From NCBI GenBank assembly GCA_002269645.1, contig NIVC01000570.1, positions 1-64,000 of the forward strand: a stretch of 64,000 nt of DNA. The letters are read 5' to 3'. This DNA is from Macrostomum lignano. Taxonomy: Eukaryota. Position 1 is the stretch's first letter. Each line of letters opens with the position of its first letter. Of the stretch, positions 23,000-36,600 are shown piece by piece. Position numbers and translations under genes: made by a program. The notes beneath the pieces were generated by a model. The model was not told the DNA's origin, ran no database searches, and was given only the letters and a program-made list of their open reading frames with translations.

Positions 23000-25900
23000 T
23001 CACTCTTTGGGGTCTTCTTTAGCTTCGTCGCCCTCCTTTTCATCTGGAACGAAGTTAAAGGTTAGAAGGATATTAGGCCGAAAGCCGCAAGCCTAATTCA
23101 GACAATCCTCTAGTGAATTTAGTGTAATCTCCCCTTCAGATAATCCTCTAGTGCAATCTCCTCTTCAGATAATCCTCTAGTGCAATCTCCTCTTCAGATA
23201 ATAATCCTCTAGTGCAATCTCCTCTTCAGATAATAATCCTCTAGTGCAATCTCCCCTTCAGATAATCCTCTAGTGCAATCTCCTCTTCAGATAATTCTCT
23301 AGTGCAATCTCCTCTTCAGATAATCCTCTAGTGTAATCTCCTCTTCAGATAATCCTCTAGTGCAATCTCCTCTTCAGATAATTCTCTAGTGCAATCTCCT
23401 CTTCAGATAATCCTCTAGTGCAATCTCCTCTTCAGATAATCCTCTAGTGCAATCTCCTCTTCAGATAATCCTCTAGTGTAATCTCCCCTTCAGATAATCC
23501 TCTAGTGCAATCTCCTCTTCAGATAATCCTCTAGTGCAATCTCCTCTTCAGATAATCCTCTAGTGCAATCTCCCCTCAGGTAATAATCCTCTAGCCTAAT
23601 CTCCCCTTCAGATAATCCTCTAGTGTAATCTCCTCTTCAGATAATCCTCTAGTGTAATCTCCCCTTCAGATAATCCTCTAGTGCAATCTCCTCTTCAGAC
23701 AATCCTCTAGTGCAATCTCCTCTTCAGATAATCCTCTAGTGCAATCTTCCCTTAAGATAAGCATAATCTCCCCTCCAAATAATCCTCTAGCCTTATCTCT
23801 CCATTAGATAATCCTCTAGCCTAATCTCCTCTTCAGATAATCCTCTAGCCCATTCTCCCCTCAGGTAATAATCCTCTAGCCTAATCTCCCCTTCAGATAA
23901 TCGCACCTTCTCCGCGGTCCATATCGGACGTCCACAGAGTGAGATTATCGCGCAGCAGCTGCATAATGAGGGTGCTGTCCTTGTAGGACTCCTCGGACAG
24001 GGTGTCCAGCTCGGCAATGGCGTCATCAAAAGCGGTCTTGGCCAGTTTGCAGGCCCGATCGGGCGAGTTAAGAATCTCGTAATAGAATACGGAGAAGTTG
24101 AGAGCCAGGCCGAGCCTGATGGGGTGCGTGGATGGCAGGCTGGAGGCGGCCAGGTCCGTGGCGGACTTGTAGGCGGTCAGGCTGTTCTCGGCCGCCTCCT
24201 TCCGCTCGGGCCCGCTGGCGAACTCGGCCATGTAGCGAAGATAATCGCCTTTCATCTTGTAGTAGAACACCTTGGACTCCTCGGCTGTAGCGCTGGGGAC
24301 CAGGTGGCTGTCCAGCACGTCCAGGATGTCCTCGCACACCTGCCAGGGTGAATATAGATGGTCACGGCGATTCTTGAAGGGCTCGATTTTCTTTCGCTGC
24401 ATCAGCATCCAATTTTATATAGAAGCTTAAAACTTTACAACCCAAAAGCTACGTTCAGCATAAATCCTAAAGCTTCAGAAGGCCTGAAACTGCCACAGTA
24501 AACTGTCTCTCCAAATTGACATCCTGTTTTTTCCCCAAGCTGGATGCCAATGTAATTAAAGTTCCGCATTTTTTGCCATTCATATTTCATTTGTAGTATT
24601 AATAGTTTTTGAATAATTAAAGATTGCAAGACTTCTATCAATAAATTGTTAAATCTAAATAATCTGTGGAGTCTGCAGACTTCTGGATGCTGGTACCAGG
24701 TATTTTATTTGATTTAGAACTTTTTTTGCAAGATCTTACTCATCTCAAAGTTTGGAATCAGACTGCAAAATGGCACAGCACAGCACAGTCCTGCATCTTG
24801 GCGATCTGTCGCAGTCTAGTGCTTAGCAGTGCAGTGACAAGTCCACAAAGAAACAAACCTTTTTAAGCTCGGCTTCAACTTGGCCAAGAAACTTTTTGGT
24901 CAGTTCAGCTTTGTCCGAGCTGGCACGGCGCTCCTCTTTCTGCTCGATGCTGTTGAGAATGCGCCAGGAGGCCCGTCTGGCCCCAATCACATTCTTGTAG
25001 GCCACGGACAGCAGGTTGCGCTCCTCGATTGTCAGCTCAACATCCATCATGGCAACAGCTTTCATGGCCTCCACCATTTCTGTGGGGTAACATTGTGAGT
25101 AATAAAGGTTATTAATTAATAGTAATAGCTATTTCTATCGATAATAGATTAAGTTCATTCATAATTTATACATGCACAACTGTCAGCCAACATGGAATAA
25201 ATTTATGGTAAACCAAGGGTAAGGAAGACACAAAATTGACCAAATTGCAACCATTTTTTGGCTTTTTTGACAAAATTTAGTGACAATTCAAACATTTCTT
25301 TACCTTGTTTCTTTGGCAAGTCACAAATAATTTTCATGGCCAATTTAATTGTGCATAAATATTTTTATAAATGATTTTTTTATACCACAGATAAATTGTA
25401 ATATTGTAATTGTATTGTATTTCTCCTTTTGGGAACTATAAAAGAATTGCTTCATCATATAAAATAGAGGTCCACTATAACTATTCCTAGATATGGCTAT
25501 AGGGAGTTAGAGATTTTAGATAACATAGAGATATGCCATATGGATAGTTATATGAATACAAATTTCTTATAACTAGTTCTCATAGTGAGTAGGGGCCTAA
25601 TATTGGCCACATTAAGGCAAAAGACTAAAGCCATTGACTTCATAGATAAAAGGTAGAGCAATAGAAATTAATGAATAATACTAGTTTTAAAGCTTTTGTA
25701 AGAGGAACTCTTAATTCTACATAGTTAGGAACTTTAGCAATAGAGATTTTCAATGCTACATGCATAGCAATAAATGAGATATAGCTTTTGTTTTTTTTCA
25801 ATATATAGTTGACATTGTATTATTTCTGATTGTTAATCACATAATTTTTACTAATACTAGCATACACTTTACTAGTGCACTTTATTGGCATACATACATG

Positions 25901-28597
25901 CCCAACACCCAGCCAATTCAACTGGGTAGTAAGGGCTCTGGCCAAGGTAAGTTGCAAAAATGCCAACCCAAAAATACAGATGTAGTACAAATTAGATAAT
26001 GGGGCATTTAATCTTAAAAATTACAGCTTCTTGCAGTTTACCCAAAATTGCATTAACAGTTTCTTTCATAGGTAAGTACATTTTTGGTTAAAAAAGATGT
26101 ATAGACAGATAAGATTTTGGCATTTGTCAAGTTATGTTTCTAAATTTTTTTTTATTCTAGGAAATTAATCCATCAATTATTTTAAGTAACAATAACTACT
26201 TTTAGGGGACTTAAGCATAAAGAAACACTAATTCTACATTTCAAAACTTGCTATTATATGTATCTAATGCTAGAAAGCTACCATGCAAAAGTCTATAACC
26301 AAAATGTTTAATTTTTACTTGAATTAGTTCATATTGCATACAAAAAAGAATAAGTATATACATGTATTTATGTTTATGATTCTAGGAAATTCCAAACCAT
26401 AGACATTTAGAAGATACAACTCATTTTTAGTATATAGGATACTAGCAATCTAATGTGGCCTCCCTTTGGGGCACCCAATAAGCAAGGAGCAAAAGTAGTT
26501 CATAGAAAACTAGTGTTCTGCTGTAAGGAGGGTCCATGTACCATAGCCATAGTGTAAGCAAAACTATGGCTTACTCCAATTCTCCATATTCTATAGCCAT
26601 AGGGACCCCAAAATTACCATATTCCTGTAGTTCCCATAGCCATAGTTTTAACAAAAAGTCTAAAAACAATATTTTGAATCAAGAAGATAACCTAGTGCTT
26701 AAACAACTGCAAATTCAATTAGAAAATAAAGAAACACTAAACCTTTTCACATTAATAAAAATTAGAGTTTGCTAGTATTTTATTGTACTTTTTTAGGTAT
26801 ATTTTATAAGTTTCTAGGTTGATAATACAGTTTACTAAAAGTATATTTGTTTTACTCTACCTGTTTCTAATATTTTTTCAATTTTTAACATTAATAACTA
26901 TGGCTACAAGAATCTACGGAATGTGACAACAACTACCATATTTCTGTAGTCATAGCCATAAGAGCAGCTAGCTACTATAGGTGTATCTGTAGCTGCCATA
27001 GGCACCTATTTTACCATATTTGCCATAGGATCCCGTAGCCATAGCTATGGCGGAACACTATAGAAAACAATTTAAAAACCACGTTTTCTTAAAAATTAAA
27101 TCCTTCTTCACTTTTAAAACCACCTTTTCATATAAAATTGTCACGGATAATGCTATTTGCTATGAATCTCTTTTTTTTTAAAACTAACAAACAGACAACA
27201 AAATATAGCTTTCACAAAGATAACAGACATTCCCCCTAAATAGAGAATATTTCCAAGACAGCAAGCATCCCCCCAGATAGCAAGCACCCCCATCCAAAAG
27301 TAAGCAACCACAGATAGGAAGCATCCCCTAATACTCATAGCAAGCAGCCACCCAGATAGCAAGCAACATTTAGATAACAAGCATCCACCAGACAGCAAGT
27401 AGCTAGTGCAAATGTTACTTTTGCTAAGGCAATAAATGCTTTCTCAGGTTGTGCAATAATTTGTTTATCGGCTAGTGCAATAATCATTTTCTAATTTACT
27501 GCAGTAATCCATGGCTTATCAAGTGCAATAATTCTTGGCTTATCAAGTGCAGTATTCCTTGGTTTATCAAGTGCAATAATCATTGGCTCATCAAGTGCAG
27601 TAATCCTTGGTTCATCAAATGCAATATTCTAGGGTTTTTTTTAATAAAAGCTTTCAATAAAAAAATTACATTACTAGGGGGCCTACTATTTTATTATATT
27701 ACTAAAATTCAAACCAAGGTTGCTGCATTAGCAATCCAGTATGTTCACATCTAGGCTAGCTCTCGTTGAACTTATAAATGAACTTGTAGCACTTATAATT
27801 CAACACTGACACCAAGTCAATTGAGTAAAAGTTACACGAAGCAGTTATGACATAATCAATTTCTTAGGCAAGTCAGTACCAGTCTCTATTTAATTTAGCA
27901 ATGTGGTTACACAATACAATATCAAGTCATTGTGCTATGGTTCCACACTGTGTTTTCAATACTATGATGTAATTCTACAATTCCCTGAAGTCCTTACAAT
28001 ACAAATGCTTTTAGTTCTAGAAATCCTTCTAGGAAAGAATTTTGCCTAGAATAATTTCTTATTTGTTTGTTGCTTTTATTTTTAGCACTCCTATAGTTTT
28101 AGTTCTAGTATAAAAGGGGGTCTTTTTGATATTTTTCTTCTTTGTCATATTCAGGTTTCTTACATCAATGAATTCCATCAATGAATGACATCAATGAATA
28201 ACATCAATGAATTCCTTTCTTAAGTCTTATATTACATATGGTATTTTGTGTCAAATTTTACATTTCTTTTACAAAAAAGCAAACAGCCTTGGCTTAATCT
28301 AAAAACAGCTTCAAGACTTAAGCTTCCAAAAAAGTATCAACATAGAAGCACACAAACTAGGGGCCTAACACACATACACATATGTGCACATACACATACA
28401 CGTTGACATACAATATTCACATAAATTAGATTTAAAATACTAATCTAAATATTCTAAATACAAAACTAAATTGACAGTACAATACTAGAATCAAAGTCTG
28501 AGGTAAAAAACAAACTTACAAACTTACCATCATAACGTTCGGCCTGCTCAGCTAGCTTGGCAAAATAAACTCGATCTTCACGGTCTTCATGCGCCAT
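23000..28597 (-). CDS. YWHAE: 14-3-3 protein, epsilon-type, 4 coding exons, 255 aa
   Basis: Exons 28528-28597 ([23 protein letters not shown]), 24859-25079, 23907-24339 and 23000-23043 total 768 nt. Motifs: [69 protein letters not shown]. First and last introns are phase 1 as in epsilon-type genes. Confidence 0.93.
23120..23899. repeat. 29-bp minisatellite filling most of 14-3-3 intron 3
   Basis: Unit GATAATCCTCTAGTGCAATCTCCTCTTCA. Confidence 0.95.
25893..26150. mobile_element. Short degenerate relative of the 18707-20881 element, in 14-3-3 intron 1
   Basis: Starts CATACATGCCCAAC and shares the GGTAAGTTGCAAAA and TTTCATAGGTAAGT...ATTTTT segments with the long copy. The right boundary is approximate. 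Confidence 0.55.
26511..27060. mobile_element. hAT-type MITE, 550 bp
   Basis: TIR TAGTGTTCTGC versus TAGTGTTCCGC. A perfect 8-bp TSD TAGAAAAC lies at 26503-26510 and 27061-27068; internal GCCATAG/CTATGGC motifs recur. Confidence 0.85.
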
Positions 28598-30923
28598 TTT
28601 AAGTTAAAAATTAAGTAAAATATAAGCGACAAGCTTGTAGAATGCTCAGTATTTTGCTGGTTAAGTTAGTGAATTAAAACGTTTAACTCGCGAAAAAATT
28701 AAACATTTAGAAATTTAGAAATTTAGAAAATTACCGTCGTTTTCAATTCAAATAGCTGCCATAACTAATAGTCCCTAATCATTGTAAGCAAATTAAATAG
28801 AGGAAACGCACACATTTGAAGCTAAAATTTGATCAGTATACTTTTTGCCAAAGTCTTTAGTATTTATTGATCTTCGTAACACTAATTCGTGTAAAGCTAT
28901 CCCTTAAAAACAAAACGCGGTTGCGATTTCTGCTCTGTCACCGTGGCTCGGCGTGCTAAAGACTAATATACAAGGCTGAAATTTTTCGACGAACCGCTGC
29001 CGCACAAGCAACAGAACCTCCTGCTATCACTGATATTAATTTATCTCAGCGGTTTCTTTTGACTCCATGATTGATCTGGAACGAAGAACTGCGACATCGG
29101 TGTGCTTGCCTAGCTGAGCTGCCTTTCGTTGTGAGGGCAGCACAGAGGTCTTCCCTGTAGTATCAAGTTTGTACAGAGGATACAGCGTTGCTACATGACG
29201 TGGAACACAACCTGGGAGCTTCCTGCAAGATTGGTGACGAACAAATCAGCGATTGACGCGGTGGGCCCGTCACGGGGGCAACACATCCGGCTACATGTAC
29301 CAGGGGTCGTCAAACTCTGGCCAGTGAAGCGTCTCTCTATATCCGGCATGGAAAACTAAAGTACGTACAGTGTGTAGGGAGCAGCATCCTAGAAATTTAG
29401 CTTTTGCCTGTTGTCTGGTAAGAAACGTATTTGTCGTATCGCCCATGCATTTACATGTACATGCAATAGTATGCTCTGGAGAGATAGAAATGCGATTTTT
29501 CTTAACCGAATTAGTCCTTTGCAATCAACTTCATTCAGCGCTATATATGCATCTCTAGAGCAAGAGAATTCAGTAGATTTTCAAAAAAGAAAAACAAAAA
29601 AACTTTTGCTTAGTTTTTAGATTATATAGTTATTTTTTCAAGCAATTAAAAGGAAAAACGCATTCAACGTTTATTTATTGATAAGTTTAGTCGAAAAATT
29701 AAAATTGAAATCAGAAATATTTATGCCAAAAGTATCGATCAGATTTATGTCTGCTAGCAATGCACATATGTACAGCATTAGTCAGGCTATAACCAGAAAG
29801 TCTATCAACTAATACTAATAAGTAATCACTTACTGATCTGATTTCAGTTGTTTCGATAGAGTAAAATTATACAGTTTAAAGTCTCAATGAAGTAAATGTT
29901 GGTTATTACAAATGAGTCGAAAAATTATATAGTAATGGCAAACAATTAGGATCATAATAAAGAATCAACCGTAAGTTGTAATAAATGGATTCAAACCGCA
30001 AAGACAGGTTTGTCTAAAATGAATTTAATTGCAAAAAGTTCAGTAAATATTATTCCTACAGCCAATTAGCCAAATCCATAAATTAGGGTTAATAACATAG
30101 ATTTACAGACTTTAAGCTATAGACTGGGCGCATCAATTAAGTCAATGTAATTGAACCGATTAAACCGTATTAATGTTTGATACCAAAGCTATAATGTGGC
30201 ATAGACTGGAGTTTGATAGATCATAAACTTTTTGACCAGACTGTATAGTATGAGTCAGAAACAGGTTGGGCCATAGACTATAGGGTTAATAAACAGGTTG
30301 GGCCATAGACTGGGGTTGGAAGCTTAACAAACCATATTACGTTTGTAAACATAAATCTTAGGCATTCAACGAGTTTATGAAGCCAATTAGTTCAATAGCT
30401 CAAAATCGATAATCATCGACTCTTCGAAGTTTTTCAACACAGGAACAAAAATCTATCTCGACCAGCAAAAAGATAAAAATATTTAGAAACTAGGCAATAA
30501 AGGAGTACATACAAGAACAAAAGCCAAATTTATATAATATGTTGAAATCGAACATATACCTTTACTATCACATATATTAATTTATGAAACGCAGATAGGT
30601 CGCAGATAATTAATTGATTTATAATTGCGAAATAGGTGAACAATATGTTTATCTTTGCGGGAAATCAAGCGGCCAGGTGAAACACAAGTGTTATACTGTA
30701 CGTAGTTAAGCATTTATTTAGCTGTTTATTTTGTCTTGTCAATTTTTGAGATAGAAAAAGTTCCGATATTTTGGGTGAAAACTTAGTTAATCAGCAAAAA
30801 AGCAAATCTACATGAATGAGAGCAGGTCACTTATGTTACAGGTAAAAAAGTATGACGTTTAAATAAATAAATAAAAGTCACTGCCTCTAAATATTTAAAC
30901 TTTTCTCAAAGTAGTCGCATTTT

Positions 30924-31495
30924 GGTAGCCTAGTCTGGGTATCTGGGTAGCCTAGTCTGGGTATCTGGGTAGCCTAGTCTGGGTATCTGGGTAGCCTAGT
31001 CTGGGTATCTGGGTAGCCTAGTCTGGGTATCTGGGTAGCCTAGTCTGGGTATTTGGGTAGCCTAGTCTGGGTATCTGGGTAGCCTAGTCTGGGTATCTGG
31101 GTAGCCTAGTCTGGGTATCTGGGTAGCCTAGTCTGGGTATCTGGGTAGCCTAGTCTGGGTATCTGGGTAGCCTAGTCTGGGTATCTGGGTAGCCTAGTCT
31201 GGGTATCTGGGTAGCCTAGTCTGGGTATCTGGGTAGCCTAGTCTGGGTACCTGGGTAGCCTAGTCTGGGTATCTGGGTAGCCTAGTCTGGGTATCTGGGT
31301 AGCCTAGTCTTGTTATCTGGGTAGCCTAGTCTGGGTATCTGGGTAGCCTATATAGTCTGGGTACCTGGGTAGCAGTCTATTGATTTACGAACATCAGTCT
31401 ATTGATTTAGGGTAGCCTATATAGTCTGGGTATCTGGGTAGCCTAGTCTGCCTAGTCTGGGTATCTGGGTAGCCTATATAGTCTGGGTACCTGGG
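30924..31495. repeat. 22-bp minisatellite (CTGGGTAGCCTAGTCTGGGTAT)n
   Basis: Direct inspection. Confidence 0.95.
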
Positions 31496-32024
31496 TAGCA
31501 GTCTATTGATTTACGAACATCAGTCTATTGATTTACGAACTATCAAGTAAAAGAATTCAGTCAGCTTAGCTTGTTTAGTTGAATCTTTGAAAGCATAAAA
31601 TTATTTTCTTATTAACAGAATTGCCAACGCCAATAATGATAATAAAAAATTGGTACAAAGCAGTTATAACAAAACGAAAGATAGACTTTATTGCGTCGTA
31701 CACAGTTTACTGGTAACCGTAAAAAATCAATACTCTAAATTAATTAAATAGACAGCCAAGGTCAAGAAAGAATCGATTTAATCTTTTTACATTAATCTGT
31801 CTGCATCTGATGCGGTACAAATATTGTTGCTAAAATACTCAACAGCAGCCAAAATAAGATGTGAAAAACAGTAACTTATTGAAAGTGCGAAATTCAGAAA
31901 ACAAGGCAGGACATCTGCGAAGGCTAAATAAGTATGGATAGCAGATAGTGAAATAATGGCCCAGTACAAAATCGGAAATGCCAAAAACATCAGATTAGAA
32001 TAGCAGGTCACGGTTATTTAGCGT

Positions 32025-32685
32025 GCTCATAGATCATGGAACTACTGCTCATATATCATTAAGCTGCAGCTCATAAATCATTGAACTACTGCTCATAGAT
32101 CATAGAGCTACTGCTCATAGATAATGAAGCTACTGCCCATAGATAATGAAGCTACTGCTCATATATCATTAAGCTGCAGCTTATAGATAATGAGTTACTG
32201 CTCATAGATCACTAAGGCTACTGATCATAGATCATGGAGCTACTGATCATAGATTATGGAGCTACTGATCATAGATCATTAAGGCTACTGATCATAGATT
32301 ATGGAGCTACTGATCATAGATCATGGAGCTACTGATCATAGATTATGGAGCTACTTATCATATATCATGGAGCTACTGATCATAGATTATGGAGCTACTG
32401 ATCATAGATCATGGAGCTACTGATCATATATTAAGGAGCTACTTATCATAGATCATGGAGCTACTGATCATAGATTATGGAGCTACTAATCATAGATCAT
32501 GGAGCTACTGATCATAGATTATGGAGCTACTTATCATATATCATGGAGCTACTGATCATAGATTATGGAGCTACTGATCATAGATCATGGAGCTACTGAT
32601 CAAAGATTATGGAGCTACTGATCATATATCATGGAGCTACTGATCATAGATCATGGAGCTACTGATCATAGATCATGGAGCTACT
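32025..32685. repeat. 22-bp minisatellite (ATCATAGATCATGGAGCTACTG)n
   Basis: Direct inspection. Confidence 0.95.
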
Positions 32686-33686
32686 AATAAAAAAAAACAA
32701 ATTTGCATAATTCTTCATACAAGGATAGATTCCAATTCCACCGACTATCTTTTCGCAAAAGTGCCTGCCTACATCCATATTTATAGACTTGTAACCAATA
32801 TCTATACAGTAGAGATCAATATCTATACAGTAAACATAGTGACAGGAAATCCAGTCTGAATTGGCAATGGCAAAAACGATTTACAGCTCTATAGTTAATT
32901 TTAATAAGTCCGGCGCGTAATAAACTAACCAATGCAGCAGTAAGCGCTGTTTTAATAACTATAATTAGTATAGTTTACGCATGGATACAAATATACTCGT
33001 ATTCAATCGCCGGCTTAAATTAAACGTCGTTAAAGTGCAAGAAAAGTTTGAAGCACACAGAGCGGGAGATTTAAAAATAATTTTAAAATTAACTTAATTT
33101 TATAAATTAACAAACAAGAAACGACTGGATGGCAAAACTAAATGAGAGAACGCACGCACATGTTCCAGATCGTGAACCAACGGGGCCAGTAGCATCATTG
33201 ATTTAATTTAATAAGTTTTTTGGGTTTCATTCTAGCTCTAGGCTGAAGAAGTTCGGGCCAGAGGGGTGCGGAAACCGTTTCAATGTACATTTAAAGTACA
33301 TGATTACTGGGGTGTTGAAGGGCAGAAGGGTAAGGAAACAATTTAATTGTCGATGCAAAGTACATTCTTCCTAGAGAAGACTGTGGTACGGAAAACAGTT
33401 TGAATTCTTATGTACATTCTTCGCGCAGGAGTAAGGCCAAAGGCCAGAGAGCTATATTTAGTCATCAGTGTACATTCTATCCCTGTGGTCGATGGGGTAG
33501 AGATAAGATAACCAATGTACATAGTTCTTCCGTACACTAAATTCAAATAAAAGTTGTCGGCCCCGTTGTTCCCAAAAAGTCGATTTGAAACAAAGAAAGC
33601 CCTACATTAAAGCAATTCAGACGTTGCTATTCGTCCACTAAGGAGGGAAGAGACAGTCAAAGACAGCCAGCGCTCCCAGCTGTTCA

Positions 33687-36600
33687 TCAGAGCTCCATGT
33701 CAACATCCTGCTGCTCCGAGTCGCTATAATCCGACATTGAGCTCTCCTCTGATGACATAGCGTCTGGCTGTTGATCACCGTCGCAGCCGCTGCCACCGCC
33801 AGCGGCCGAAGCCGCGGCCTCCGTGGCAAATCTGGACACGTATTCGCGCACCTTGCTACGATAGTCGTCTGGCTGGTGCAGGTAGAGCGAAGCCGCATCC
33901 CCATTCAGAGGGTCCATGGGATTGGGGTAGGCCAGTAGCTGGGGCAGGAACGACTCAAATATGTTGGTCAGGTCTGGCAATTGCGAAAGTGCGATTTTAA
34001 TCGGGGTGTTTTTTGTGGCACAAATATTTTTTGCGAAAGTTAATTTTGTTCGTTTGAAGTATTGATTAGTTTTTAATATTCATGATGCTCCTCTGAAATT
34101 CAATTATTACACTTTTAGCAACAGCTAAACCCCTCTCCCAGACTATCGCTGTCACGCAACCCATAAGTTTGCAATGTTATGCGTGATTCCGTCACCCGTC
34201 GTGGCATCAGGGGTGTAACCAGGATCTTAGCACCAGGATCTTAGCACCAGGATCTTAGCACCAGGATCTTAGCACCAGGATCTTAGCACCAGGATCTTAG
34301 CACCAGGATCTTAGCACCAGGATCTTAGCACCAGGATCTTAGCACCAGGATCTTAGTACCAGGATCTTAGCACCAGGATCTTAGCACCAGGGGCTTTAGC
34401 ACCAGGGGCTTTAGCACCAGGGGCTTTAGCACCAGGGGCTTTAGCACCAGGGGCTTTAGCACCAGGGGCTTTAGCACCAGGGGCTTTAGCACCAGGGGCT
34501 TTAGCACCAGGGGATTTAGCACCAGGGGCTTTAGCACCAGGGGCTTTAGCACCAGGGGCTTTAGCACCAGGGGCTTTAGCACCAGGGGCTTTAGCACCAG
34601 GGGCTTTAGCACCAGGGGCTTTAGCACCAGGGGCTTTAGCACCAGGGGCTTTAGCACCAGGGGCTTTAGCACCAGGGGTTTTAGCACCAGGGGCTTTAGA
34701 ACCAGGGGCGCCAGCACAAGGGTAAAAGCTGTACTGTAAGGGGCGTCAAATACCGGTGGAGGGGCGGCTCCCCCTACTTTCACCCCTGAATGCGTGGCAT
34801 CCTGATGACCAACTCTTGGGACAGCTGAATCACTAATTGGCATGCTCAGCTTCTGCGCTGTCTGAGTTATGGCTGGGGGTTGCAGGCAGCTGCTGCTGAG
34901 ACTTTACAGATAAACAGAGATCCAAAACTGCGTGTACACTAACATTAACTAATAATATCACCTGGTTAATTAACCCTTACATATTAAAATTGGAATCAAC
35001 ACTTAAGAAAGACAACTATCAGGTGGAACAAGAAAACCTGTGCACTTACCATACAGAGCAGACCAGCTTTGGTTGATGACATCGAGGCAGACTGTGCCAG
35101 ACCTACAGATACATGCAGTGTAGAGAGACCTGTGGCATTTTTGTTATCTAATAAAACAAAAATAAAGTCAAGATTTTACTTACGCTTCATCAATGTTGGG
35201 ATGAAATATTTTATTCATGAAGCCTGAAAAAAAGTTATCAATTGAGTGTACTTTGAATTAAACTTTCAGTCTTGAGACACTAAATCAAAGAGGCTTATAT
35301 TTTAAAACATACCAATGGAAGGTGACTTGAATGGATATCGATCAGGAAGATCCACACGAACTTTCCAGACTCCACCTTCATACAGAGCTAAAATTAGTCA
35401 ATAATAATTGGCTCATAAACAAATCAATTCAATCAATTCAACACAAACATGGAAAAAGTACTCACTGTCAACTGGTCCATAGAACTTAACCACAAATTCA
35501 TTCAGTCCTCCAAGTATGGTCACCTCATGCTTACTCTCAATGCTTTTTGTGTTTATTGTATCATTTTGGTTAAGGAAAGTATCATCATTTTTTTAGAATT
35601 TCAAGTATAAAAAATAATAAAGACAAAGATAACATTAGAAAAACTCATGTAGATAAATTACAGTTGTGAGGAAATTCTATATAAGATTATATTATATTGG
35701 TAAATAAAAATTTCTCTATTACACTAATAAAATTAGGTTTGCTTTTAGGGGCAAAATAAAAACTAGGCCCTAGCCTAAAGTATCAATATTTCAGAGAAAA
35801 ATCTAACAAAAAGCACATTTTTAATGATCACGAGTGGAACTCCTCCTTCGGAGGAAAAAGGGGAAGAACTCCCATCACCGGAATTCCATTCCCTGAAGTA
35901 TCCATCAACTGAAATTCCATGTCTTGAACCCTATCTTCCAAATCGTCTCCAAATTCTTTACAAAACCTTTCAAAGACCATAGCTCAAAGACTCTCACGTC
36001 TCTCATATGTCAACTCTCCTCTCTTCGCTATTATCGTGACTCTCTTCTCTCTCCTCTCTCTCTCATCTCATCTCTACCACTACTCCCTTATTTATCTCTT
36101 CTCCCTCGTCTTTCGTCTGTACCCTCTCCTGTCTCTTGTCTCCTCTCTTATCTCATATCTCTCCTCTCCTCTTCACTTCTGTATCCTGTCTCCTCTCTTA
36201 TCTCTCCCTCTTCTCTCCTCTTGTATGTCATCTCTACTCACTTATCTATCGTCTTTCTTGACCCTCTCTCTCTCTTATCTTTTCTCTTCTCTCTGGTCTC
36301 ATTTCTCATATCTCATATACGCTCTCACACTCTACTTTCTTGCTCCCATCTTTCTTTCCTCCTTTACACTATCCCCTGTATCTTGTCTTCTCTTTTCTAT
36401 CCTCTCCATTCTCTCTTTTCTCCTCTACTTGCTCCTTTCATCTTCTCCCCTCTCTTCTCTAATCTTTAATCTCTTCTCTCTTATGTTCTCACTCATCTCT
36501 TCTCATCGCATCTCTCATCTCTCCTCTCCTCACTACTTTCCTCTCTCATCTCTGATCTTTCACCTCTCTCCTCTCTCTCTTCTCGTTTCGCTTCTCTCTC

